From NCBI GenBank assembly GCA_035577025.1, contig DATLVU010000045.1, positions 3,727 to 67,726 of the forward strand: DNA of 64,000 bases. Reading direction: 5' to 3'. Source of the DNA: Gemmatimonadales bacterium. Its GTDB lineage: Bacteria; Gemmatimonadota; Gemmatimonadetes; Gemmatimonadales; GWC2-71-9. Positions 45,541 to 53,862 of the stretch are shown piece by piece (within the stretch, counting starts at the first letter, position 1; each line of letters begins with the position of its first letter). Made by a program: the position numbers and the translations under genes. The notes under the pieces were generated by a model. The model ran no database searches. It saw only the letters and a list, made by a program, of their open reading frames with translations, and was not told where the DNA came from.

Positions 45541-46872
45541 TCATGGCGTGTCGGTGCATTGCCCCCCAAGCCCCTCGCGCTGCTCGTCGGTCGCCGCGGG
45601 GAGCGCTTCCCGCAGGAGCCGGCAGCCCTCCCCCTGAATCGGCCCGATGGTCACCGCCGCCTCGAGCATCCGCAGCGCGCGCGCCGGGGCACCATTCGCC
45701 AGATACGCCCGTGGCTCGTAGAACGCGAGCCACACCCAGATCCGCGCGAGCTGGCGGCGGGCGCTCGCAGCCTCCAGGCTGTCCCCGCGCTCGACCATCT
45801 TTTGAAGATCCAGGATGTGGAGCCTGCGGGTCACATTCTCGAGCGAGGAGGCCTCGCGCCCAGCCCGCTCGCGCTCCAACTCCTTTTGGAGCTCCAGGCC
45901 CTGGCGCTGGTCCCGCTCGGCGAGCCGGTGCGCCTCGGTCTCGTATCGGACGACCCTGGCGTCCCCGGCGAGCGCCGCCGCGCGCTCGACAGCGGGGTGC
46001 GCCTCGGGCCAGCGCGCGTAGTCCCGGGCGATCGCCTCGTTCAGGCGCAAGGCCTCCACCGCGCGCCCGCTGGCCTCGAGCTCAGCGGCCCGCGCGAGCT
46101 CCGCCGAGAGGCGCGCGCGCACCCAACCGGAGTCGACGGCCCGCAACCCGCCCACCATGGCCCGCAGCTCGAGCCATTCGAGCGCCTCGCCGCACATGGC
46201 GGCCGGCGGCCAGCTGTGGGGGCCGTCGAACGCGGCGAAGCGATACGGAACCCGCGTCGTCCGAAACCGCTCGCTCATCGCCAGCATTTCTTCGTAATTG
46301 AAATCCCGCGTGCCCGCGGTGCCGAACACGGCGAACGTCGAATCCCTCGCGAAGGCCGTCTCCGGACCCCCGAGCGCGAACCCGAGCGCTCCCCCGTCGG
46401 CGATCACGCCCGCCGTGTGGCCACGCAGCCTGACGGCGAACTCCAGCGACACCCGCGAGGTGCCCGAGAAGCCCGCGAGGTAGACGCGAGCGGGGTCGAT
46501 CGCCAGACGCTGCGCCGACGCGAGCATCGCGTTCATCGCGTTCACGTTCGGCTCCGGCGGCCCATCGCTCAGGGTGTTGTACGAGCTCATCACCACCCAG
46601 CCGAGCCGGTCGGCGGCGTCCTCGAACAGCTTTTCCGCGAGGAGCGCTCGACCCCGGGGGTCGAGCACGAAGAGCACCGGCCACGTGCGGGCCGTGCTGT
46701 ACCCCGGCGGCAGGTACAACGCGTAGGTCTGCGACGTGTCGCTCGCGGCCGTGACGCGCTCCTCGAGATGGCCGGCCGGGCCCTGGGCGGCGAGCGGGCC
46801 GGGCAAGGCGCCCATCATCGCGGCGGCGAGCGCAAGGTGCCATTCGTAACGGATTGGGTTTCGACTCAACAC
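45541..46872 (-). CDS. secreted alpha/beta-hydrolase (esterase/depolymerase-like) with a helical C-terminal domain
   Basis: YALYLPPGY..WPVLFVLDPRG and LAGFSGTS nucleophile elbow. The GTG/TTG start at 46872/46869 precedes the signal peptide. The upstream part of the 703-aa ORF is shadow of the plus-strand gene. Confidence 0.65.
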   Translation of the reverse strand: MLSRNPIRYEWHLALAAAMMGALPGPLAAQGPAGHLEERVTAASDTSQTYALYLPPGYSTARTWPVLFVLDPRGRALLAEKLFEDAADRLGWVVMSSYNTLSDGPPEPNVNAMNAMLASAQRLAIDPARVYLAGFSGTSRVSLEFAVRLRGHTAGVIADGGALGFALGGPETAFARDSTFAVFGTAGTRDFNYEEMLAMSERFRTTRVPYRFAAFDGPHSWPPAAMCGEALEWLELRAMVGGLRAVDSGWVRARLSAELARAAELEASGRAVEALRLNEAIARDYARWPEAHPAVERAAALAGDARVVRYETEAHRLAERDQRQGLELQKELERERAGREASSLENVTRRLHILDLQKMVERGDSLEAASARRQLARIWVWLAFYEPRAYLANGAPARALRMLEAAVTIGPIQGEGCRLLREALPAATDEQREGLGGQCTDTP

Positions 46873-47035
46873 CGCCCCCGTGTTTGCCGTGGCGTCGGCG
46901 CCACACGTGAGAACCGGCACGTGCCGATCTTCGTCGCTCCAAAAATCTGTAGAGTCGCCACTTAGCTCGCACCTCCTGGCCCGTTCGGGAACTGTCAAAT
47001 CGCGGCGCGATTGTTGCCACCCCTCGACACACTCC

Positions 47036-48004
47036 ATGGACGCTGCCCCAGCCGCGCCGCCCGTTGTGCTGCTCGTCATCGCGAAGGAGCAGTGGATCGC
47101 CCACGCCCTTCGCGGGAATCGATTCGCCGTTGTCCAGATCCATACCGCGACCCTGGCCCGCGAGCTCGCGCGCGATCTGCGCCCCGACGCGATCATCGTC
47201 GAATCCGAGCTCCCGGACATGTCCGGGCTCGATGCCTGTCGGTTGCTCAGGTCGGACCTCGATGTCGGCCATTGCGTGCCGATCCTCATGGCGGGGCCCG
47301 AGAAGCCGACGCCCGAGGACCGCGTGACGGCGCTCCGGGCAGGCATCTGGGCGTTTCTCCGCCAGCGCGACGACGCGAAGGACCTGCCACTCACGCTCGA
47401 AGCCCACATCCGGGCCAAACGCAGCATCGACAGCGCTCTGGCCGAGAACGCGCTCGACCCGGCGGCCGCGCTGCACGGTCGCGCCGTGCTGGCGCGCCGC
47501 GCGCGCGAGCTGGGCGGCCTCATGGCGCGCAAGCACGGGGCGCTCGCGTGCGTGGTCTTGGCTACGGACGCGGCGTCCACTGATCCGACGCTCGCCAGCC
47601 GAGTCGCCCGCGCGCTCCGGATCTCCGACGTCGTGGGCCTCTTGAGCTCCACGGGAATCGCCGTCTTGGCCCCGGGTACCGATCATCAGGGCGCCGCGAT
47701 ATTGGCCCGGCGGCTCGCCGGCATCCTGAGCGTCGAGACCGCCGACCGTGCCGCCCTGGTGCCGGGCTCCTCACTCCGGGTCGGGTACGACGCCGTCGCC
47801 AATCTCAAATACTCGCCGATCGATCCGGTCGACCTGCTCGTGCGCGCGGATGCCGCCGTGCAGGCCGGCGTCGCCGAGCCGGGAACGCCCTGGCTCCGCC
47901 GCTTCGAAACCGCCGCGACCGTGCGGCCGAGCGGCCCAACGTCGCTCCGCCCGGCCACTGGTCCGCCGGGAGACGGTCCCGCCGAGAGGACAGCGTCTGT
48001 ATGA
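47036..48004 (+). CDS. response-regulator-like protein with degenerate receiver and degenerate GGDEF domains
   Basis: The REC-like N-terminus has VLLVIAKEQ in place of the DD pocket and DAIIVESELPDMSG with Glu at the phospho-acceptor position. The GGDEF-like C-terminus has LSSTGIAVL where GGDEF is expected. Confidence 0.7.
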   Translation: MDAAPAAPPVVLLVIAKEQWIAHALRGNRFAVVQIHTATLARELARDLRPDAIIVESELPDMSGLDACRLLRSDLDVGHCVPILMAGPEKPTPEDRVTALRAGIWAFLRQRDDAKDLPLTLEAHIRAKRSIDSALAENALDPAAALHGRAVLARRARELGGLMARKHGALACVVLATDAASTDPTLASRVARALRISDVVGLLSSTGIAVLAPGTDHQGAAILARRLAGILSVETADRAALVPGSSLRVGYDAVANLKYSPIDPVDLLVRADAAVQAGVAEPGTPWLRRFETAATVRPSGPTSLRPATGPPGDGPAERTASV

Positions 48005-48522
48005 TCACACACCGATTCCTGCGCCCCGTGCTCACTGGTGCGGCCCTGCTCGCCGTGCTGAGCTGCGAGCGCTCCTCACCGCTCGGGGTCGAATCCCACG
48101 CCCCAAACGCCGGTCTCCTGGGCTGGGCGCCGTCGGTCGGGCTGCTCCGTTGCTCACCTCTTCCGGCCGACTCGGTCACCCAGACGATCGGACCGGACGG
48201 CGGCACGCTCTCGGTTGGGACGCATCGTCTCACGATTCCCGCGGGCGCGCTGGCGGCGCCGGTGACGATCACCGCGATCGCTCCGTCGGACACCGTGAAT
48301 CAGGTCCGGTTCTTCCCGGAAGGCCTCACGTTCGCGAGCCCGGCGCTGCTCACGATGAGTTATGCGAACTGCGACCTTCTGTACGGGCTGGTCCCGAAGC
48401 AGATCGCCTACACGACTGACGACCTCAGCATCCTGGCGCTCCTCCCGTCGATCGACGACTTCTGGGGGCAGCGGGTCACGGGCAGCCTTCAGCACTTCTC
48501 CACGTATGCCATCGCCTGGTGA
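48001..48522 (+). CDS. lipoprotein, uncharacterised
   Basis: ATGA overlap with the upstream stop, lipobox LAVLSC, beta-rich sequence. Confidence 0.55.
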   Translation: MITHRFLRPVLTGAALLAVLSCERSSPLGVESHAPNAGLLGWAPSVGLLRCSPLPADSVTQTIGPDGGTLSVGTHRLTIPAGALAAPVTITAIAPSDTVNQVRFFPEGLTFASPALLTMSYANCDLLYGLVPKQIAYTTDDLSILALLPSIDDFWGQRVTGSLQHFSTYAIAW

Positions 48523-50110
48523 CGTCGACGGACCGGTGCTGGAGGCCACGCCCGGTCCGCGGAGCGCCGCCGATCTGTTGCAGGAAGCCCGTGCACGAGA
48601 GCGTGGCGGGCGCATCCCCGAGGCGATCGTCGACTACGAAACCGCGATCGACACAGCCCAGGGCACCGGGGAGCCCGCCGTTCTCGCGGAGGCGTTGCGC
48701 CGGCTGGCCATCCTGCGGCAGCAGCGGGATGAATCGATCCAGGCGCGCGAGCTCTGCGACCGCAGCTACGAAGTGGCGCGAGCCATCGGGGACGACGGTC
48801 TCGCCGCCGAAGCGCTGAACACGCTGGGCGGGCTGCACCTCGCCACGGGATCGCCCGCAGAGGCACGGCTGGCATTCGTACGAGCGCTCGAGCTCGGTGG
48901 GTCGCGTCGCGATCTGAGCGCGCGAGTGCATCAGAACCTCGGCATCCTCGCGAACATCCAGGGCGACCTGGAGGAAGCGATCGCGCGGTACGAACGGTCG
49001 CTCGCCGCGTACCGGGACTGCGGTGACGAGCACGGGTGCGCCATTACCTACCACAACCTCGGCATGGTGAGCGCCGACCGCGGCCTGTTCGCGGCGGCCG
49101 ACACGTACTTTCGCGAAAGCCGGGTGCTGGCCGGGCGAACCGGGGACGCGTATCTGCAGGGCCTGTGCCTGGTAAACCGCGCCGAGATGGACGTGACGCG
49201 GCAGCGCTTCGAGAACGCGCGGCAGGACGCCGAGGCGTCCCTGGCGCTCTTCGACCGGTTGGGCGCCCGGGGCCCGAAGGCGGACGCCTATCGCGTGATC
49301 GGCACCGTCTATCGTGAGACCGGTCGCCCGGCGCTCGCCGAGTCGCGGCTCCACGCGGCCATCGACCTGGCGGCGACCACGGGCTCGGTGTTGAGCGAGG
49401 CGGAGGCTTCACGTGAGCTCGCGCTATTGTACCAGACCATGGGGCGCAATCAAGACGCGCTCACGTTTCTTAATAGGGCGTACCGCCTGTTCCGCCGGCT
49501 CGACGCCCGGGTCGATCTCGTCCACGTGGGCGGTAAGATGGCGGCGCTCGAGGGCGCCTACCGCGCGGTGGTACGCGAATGGGGCCGGTCGATCGAGTCG
49601 GCCGACTCGAGCACCTTCACACACTGCGAACGGGTGGCGCGGTCCGCGGTCGCCGTGGCGCGCGCCCTGGGGCTCGATGACCAGGCGGAGACGGCCATTC
49701 TGCTCGGCGCCTACCTCCACGACGTCGGGAAGGTGCGCGTCCCGCACGAGCTGCTCCACAAATCCGACCCCCTCACGCCCGCCGAGATGGCGATTGTGCA
49801 GATGCATCCGGTGTGGGGCGTCGAGCTCCTCGCCGGCATCGAGTTTCCGTGGGACATGAAGCCCATCGTTCGCTGGCACCACGAGCACTGCGACGGCAGC
49901 GGCTATCCCGACCGGTTGCAGGGAGACGAAATCCCGCTGGCTGCCCAGATCGTGGGGATCGTCGACACCTACGACTTGCTCACGACGGGCCGGTGCAACG
50001 AGCGCTCGCGCAGCCCGGCAGAGGCCATCGCGCGGATGACGGCGTCGCGGCGCTGGTGGTCGGACCGCGTGTTCGAGGCGTTCATCGCCGCAGTACCGCC
50101 ACCAGGCTAA
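48506..50110 (+). CDS. TPR-repeat HD-GYP domain protein (c-di-GMP phosphodiesterase type)
   Basis: ATG at 48506 overlaps the lipoprotein gene 3' end. It has about 6 TPR-like repeats, then LHDVGK, HP.WG and HHEHCDGSGYP. Confidence 0.85.
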   Translation: MPSPGDVDGPVLEATPGPRSAADLLQEARARERGGRIPEAIVDYETAIDTAQGTGEPAVLAEALRRLAILRQQRDESIQARELCDRSYEVARAIGDDGLAAEALNTLGGLHLATGSPAEARLAFVRALELGGSRRDLSARVHQNLGILANIQGDLEEAIARYERSLAAYRDCGDEHGCAITYHNLGMVSADRGLFAAADTYFRESRVLAGRTGDAYLQGLCLVNRAEMDVTRQRFENARQDAEASLALFDRLGARGPKADAYRVIGTVYRETGRPALAESRLHAAIDLAATTGSVLSEAEASRELALLYQTMGRNQDALTFLNRAYRLFRRLDARVDLVHVGGKMAALEGAYRAVVREWGRSIESADSSTFTHCERVARSAVAVARALGLDDQAETAILLGAYLHDVGKVRVPHELLHKSDPLTPAEMAIVQMHPVWGVELLAGIEFPWDMKPIVRWHHEHCDGSGYPDRLQGDEIPLAAQIVGIVDTYDLLTTGRCNERSRSPAEAIARMTASRRWWSDRVFEAFIAAVPPPG

Positions 50111-50588
50111 GCACGCCGATCGCGAGGCCCAGGGCGATCTTCGCGGCCGCGGCCGCAGCTCGTCCCACCACGGCTCCCCACCCGGCGCCCACGGCCACGA
50201 CGGCTTGGCGCGAGTAGGCGTACTCGAACAGCGCGGCGCCCCCGAACGATCCGACGAACGCGCCGATCACGCTCCCCACCACGGGGACCGGGACACCCAC
50301 CACTGCCCCGACGAGGCCGCCGATCAACGCCCCCCAGCCCGCCCGGTGTGAGCCGCCGTAGCGCCGGGCGAAGCGAAAGCCCAGCCAGCTCTCGACGATC
50401 TCGCCGACAAACGCGAGCGCGAGCACGATCGCGATCGTGGCGACGCTCTCGGAACGAAATTGCGTGAGCCAGCCGAACGCGAGATACCCCAATACCATCA
50501 CCCACAGGCCGGGCAGGCCGAAGGGGATGAGGAGCAGGCCCACGACGCCGCAGGCGGCGAGCAGGACGACCGCCAGCACGTCGCTCAT
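50082..50588 (-). CDS. DUF456-family membrane protein
   Basis: Four TM helices with GLPGLWVM and GGSHRAGWGALIG. It converges on and overlaps the HD-GYP 3' end by 29 nt. Confidence 0.75.
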   Translation of the reverse strand: MSDVLAVVLLAACGVVGLLLIPFGLPGLWVMVLGYLAFGWLTQFRSESVATIAIVLALAFVGEIVESWLGFRFARRYGGSHRAGWGALIGGLVGAVVGVPVPVVGSVIGAFVGSFGGAALFEYAYSRQAVVAVGAGWGAVVGRAAAAAAKIALGLAIGVLSLVAVLRR

Positions 50589-50597
50589 ACGCCAACG

Positions 50598-51194
50598 CTA
50601 ACGCGATAGCGCCGCGGAGACGATCCCCACCGATACAGCGAATCGCACCAGACTCGCCAGGTCGTGAATGTCCAGGCGCTTCATCACCTGGGCCCGGTGC
50701 GTTTCCACCGTCTTGACGGACAGGCGCAGCCGCCGCGCCACGTCGCGCGTGGAGTGGCCCGCGGCGATCATCTGGAGTACCTGGCGCTGGCGGTGGGAGA
50801 GCCTTCGCAAGGCTTCCCGCTCCTTCAAGGCCGCATCGATGGCGCCAGCCAGACGCGGGAGATTCGCCGTGGCGACGAAATCGGCGGCGCCCGCCTTGAG
50901 CGTCTCCAGCGTCGACTCGCTAAAGGCGGGCGCCACGATGAGCAGCGGCGTCTCCGGCCGGCGGGCCTGGGTCACCGCCAGCGCCTCGCGCGCGCTGAAC
51001 GCCGTGAGTGGCTCATGGCACAGGACGACGTCGGGCGCGAACTCGTCGAGGGCACGCGCGAGCGCAGTCTCCCCCGCCACCCGCATCACCGTGGCCTCGG
51101 GCACGATCCCCTGTAGCGCCGCCGCGACCTGCGGCGGCGCGCTCGGGTCCTCGAGCAGTGTGATGCGCAGACACGCGGGCTGAGGGTCAGTCAT
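50598..51194 (-). CDS. LuxR/FixJ-type regulator with an atypical receiver domain
   Basis: Start at MTDPQP (51194). The LuxR HTH is LSHRQRQVLQMIAAGHSTRDVARRLRLSVKTVETHR. The receiver has LLEDPS and DVVLCHEPL in place of the DD and D motifs. Confidence 0.85.
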   Translation of the reverse strand: MTDPQPACLRITLLEDPSAPPQVAAALQGIVPEATVMRVAGETALARALDEFAPDVVLCHEPLTAFSAREALAVTQARRPETPLLIVAPAFSESTLETLKAGAADFVATANLPRLAGAIDAALKEREALRRLSHRQRQVLQMIAAGHSTRDVARRLRLSVKTVETHRAQVMKRLDIHDLASLVRFAVSVGIVSAALSR

Positions 51195-51440
51195 GGGGCC
51201 TATCGGGAAACACCCGATATCCCGGTGCATAGAGCGGGCCGCACGCGGCGCCCGACGCGGCGCCAGGAACGGGCCTCGCGGCTGGGCGTTGCGCGTCCGC
51301 GACGTTGGAGACGGTTCAACAGGTCGTCCGGGCGCCGCGCTACATCCGCCTACCCGGGTCCCGACGTATCATTGTGCACATGCTCGAATACCGTTGCGGG
51401 AGCGCCCCGCCACCCTTCCCCGGCGCCGATAGCGCCGTCA

Positions 51441-51500
51441 CATTGAAGCCATGACTCTCCCGCACAGATACATTGAAGCCATGACTCTCCCGCACAGATA
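51441..51500 (+). repeat. perfect 30-bp tandem duplication (two copies)
   Basis: CATTGAAGCCATGACTCTCCCGCACAGATA occurs at 51441-51470 and 51471-51500. Each copy carries an ATG. Confidence 0.95.
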
Positions 51501-52071
51501 CAAGGGAATCGCGCTCGCGCTCGGGCTCGGGGTGGCGGCGCTGCTCACGTCCGTCGCGCGAGCAGCTGCGCAGAGCGAGACGAAAGGGTGGAATCCGATG
51601 CATTTCAAGAAGCTCAGTGACGCCGAGCTCAAGAAGACGCTCTCGCCACTGCAGTACGAAGTCACCCAGCATGCGGCCACGGAGCAGCCGTTCCGGAACG
51701 AGTACTGGGACAACCATCAGGCCGGCATTTACGTCGACGTCGTGTCGGGCGAGCCCCTGTTCAGCTCGCTCGACAAGTTCGACTCGGGCACGGGCTGGCC
51801 GAGCTTCACCAAGCCGCTCGAGCCCAGCAACATCCGCGAGGACGTGGATCGCTCGCTGTTCATGGTGCGTACCGAAGTGCGGTCGGCGCACGGCGACTCC
51901 CACCTCGGCCATTTGTTCGACGACGGCCCACCGCCGACCGGCGCCCGGTATTGCATGAACTCCGCCTCGCTCCGGTTCATTCCGGTCGATCGACTGGTCG
52001 CCGAAGGCTACGGGCAGTACCTCCCGCTGTTCCAACAGGCCGCCGCGAAGGACTCGACGAAGCACCGCTAG
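51451..52071 (+). CDS. msrB: secreted peptide-methionine (R)-S-oxide reductase MsrB
   Basis: [22 protein letters not shown] and RYCMNS (catalytic Cys). There is no CxxC zinc site. Alternative start at 51481, in the second repeat copy. Confidence 0.9.
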   Translation: MTLPHRYIEAMTLPHRYKGIALALGLGVAALLTSVARAAAQSETKGWNPMHFKKLSDAELKKTLSPLQYEVTQHAATEQPFRNEYWDNHQAGIYVDVVSGEPLFSSLDKFDSGTGWPSFTKPLEPSNIREDVDRSLFMVRTEVRSAHGDSHLGHLFDDGPPPTGARYCMNSASLRFIPVDRLVAEGYGQYLPLFQQAAAKDSTKHR

Positions 52072-52092
52072 ACTCGCCCGGTCGGACCAGCC

Positions 52093-52857
52093 TTACACCC
52101 GACCCACCCGGAGAGCGAGGGGCCAGCGGACGATACGGATCCGTTCCGCCGGCCCCCACACCCGTGCGAGCGCGCGGTGGAACCCTTCCAGGGGAGTGGG
52201 CCCCTGGGCACGCTGCAGCGCCCACATCGCGGACCAGGTCCCGACATATCCGACGACGTCTGCGAAGCGCCACTCGAGTCGAATCTCGAGGTCGGGCACT
52301 TCGGAGGAGAGCTCCTCGAACGGGAACGGCAGGGATCGGTAGCCCTCATCCACATGCCGTCGCTCGGGAGGCCAGTACGCGCCGAGCACGTCGTGGTAGA
52401 ACGGTCTGACGACCGCGTCCACGTCGGCGTCCACCATCATCACGCCGTAACTGATCAGTGCGACGATTCCACCGGGTCGCGTCACGCGCCGCACCTCCGC
52501 GTAGTACGACGGGAGGTCGAACCAATGAGCCGCCTGGGCCGCGGTCGATAGGTCCACCACGCCGTCCCCGAGGCCGCTGGCCTGGGCAGGCGCGCAGCTG
52601 TAGGTGACCCTCGGATGGGCGGTCGCGCGCGCGAGCTGCTCGCTGCTCGCATCCGTCGCCCAGACCCGCTCGAATCGATCCGCCAGGAGCAGGGAGAGCT
52701 GTCCCGAGCCGCAGCCCGCATCCCAGGTGAGTCGTCGGGCGGGAGCCAGCCGCGCGAGGAGGTCGACCAACGCCGTCGGATACGTGGGGCGGTGCGTCGC
52801 GTAATCGGTGGCGACTTGGGAGAAGTGATCCTTGAAGTCGCTCCCCGAGGCGGTCAC
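52093..52857 (-). CDS. class I SAM-dependent methyltransferase
   Basis: GTG at 52857 overlaps the upstream stop (GTGA). Motif I is WDAGCGSGQL, and AAHWFD is present. Confidence 0.8.
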   Translation of the reverse strand: MTASGSDFKDHFSQVATDYATHRPTYPTALVDLLARLAPARRLTWDAGCGSGQLSLLLADRFERVWATDASSEQLARATAHPRVTYSCAPAQASGLGDGVVDLSTAAQAAHWFDLPSYYAEVRRVTRPGGIVALISYGVMMVDADVDAVVRPFYHDVLGAYWPPERRHVDEGYRSLPFPFEELSSEVPDLEIRLEWRFADVVGYVGTWSAMWALQRAQGPTPLEGFHRALARVWGPAERIRIVRWPLALRVGRV

Positions 52858-53783
52858 AACACGAGCTCCCAGATTTCGGCGACGAGCGATTTCCCGAAGC
52901 TGTGGTGGCGCTCCGTACGGGTCCGACGGAACCCGGCGGCCACGTACAGGCGCCGCGCCGCTTCGAGCTCGCTCTGCGTCCACAGCACGAGCTTGCGATA
53001 CCCCGCCTGTCGCGCGAAGCGCACGCATTCATCCACCAGCCGGGTACCGAGGCCTACCCCGCGCGCTGCCGGCTCGACCAGCAGCAGGCGCAGCTGCGCC
53101 ACGGTCCGGGACTTCTTCACGAGGAACACACAGCCGATCACGTCGCCGTCGCGCTCGGCGATCCAGCAGCGCTCCCGCCTGGCGTCGTAGCGCTGGACGA
53201 AGCGCGCCACGATCTCGGCGACGAGCGCCTCGAACTCCTCATCGTACCCATACTCCCGGGCGTAGAGCGCGCCGTGGCGGTGCACGACCCACCCCAGGTC
53301 GCCCGGCTGGGGGCCGCGGACGACGTACGGGGTCGGTCGGGCGTCGCGATCGCCCAGGAGCTGCTGGACGGTCCCCATCGCCCCGACGACACGGCCCTGG
53401 TCGCCGCCCGAGAGGCCGGCGAGGATCGCCGCGATCTCATCATGCGAGCGGGCGTCGAGCGGGGCGAACGCTTTCCGGCCGTGCGACGTGAGCGCGAGGT
53501 GACTCTGGCGGCCGTCCGCGGGGGAGCGCGTCTTGACCACGATGCCGCGCCGTTCGAACCCGCGGAGAATTCGGCTCAGGTATCCCGCGTCGAGCCCCAG
53601 CTCGCGCCCCAGCTCCGTCGCCGTGGGCCCATCGCGGTGCGCCAACTCGTACAGGACGCGCACCTGCGTGAGCGAGTACGGGCTGCGATACGCCCCTTCC
53701 CGCAGCACACCGATCTTCCGCGTGTAGAACCGATTGAAGCGGCGGACCGCTTCCACGCGCTGCTCCAGCCCCCGTGACTCCAT
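52854..53783 (-). CDS. MarR-type HTH fused to a GNAT N-acetyltransferase
   Basis: The N-terminus has LTQVRVLYELA...ATELGRELGLDAGYLSRILR. The C-terminus has LRLLLVEPAARGVGLGTRLV (acetyl-CoA motif A). Confidence 0.85.
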   Translation of the reverse strand: MESRGLEQRVEAVRRFNRFYTRKIGVLREGAYRSPYSLTQVRVLYELAHRDGPTATELGRELGLDAGYLSRILRGFERRGIVVKTRSPADGRQSHLALTSHGRKAFAPLDARSHDEIAAILAGLSGGDQGRVVGAMGTVQQLLGDRDARPTPYVVRGPQPGDLGWVVHRHGALYAREYGYDEEFEALVAEIVARFVQRYDARRERCWIAERDGDVIGCVFLVKKSRTVAQLRLLLVEPAARGVGLGTRLVDECVRFARQAGYRKLVLWTQSELEAARRLYVAAGFRRTRTERHHSFGKSLVAEIWELVL

Positions 53784-53803
53784 GCCGTCAATGTCCGAGA
53801 CAT

Positions 53804-53822
53804 ACTTGACTGTGTCAAGTAC
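53804..53822. promoter_or_regulatory. dyad TACTTGAC-TGT-GTCAAGTA, putative MarR-type operator
   Basis: Perfect 8-bp arms lying between the divergent MarR-GNAT gene (start 53783) and the ABC exporter gene (start 53863). Confidence 0.5.
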
Positions 53823-53862
53823 TTTTTCTCGAGGCGCCCCTGCTTAGATTTCCGCTCAGACC

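Noticed and set aside
45541-47652. A 703-aa ORF extending the esterase gene 780 nt upstream.
   Set aside because: The upstream part is antisense to the well-supported REC-GGDEF-like gene (47036-48004) and has low-complexity Arg/Ser/Ala composition. A GTG/TTG start at 46872/46869 directly precedes a signal peptide.
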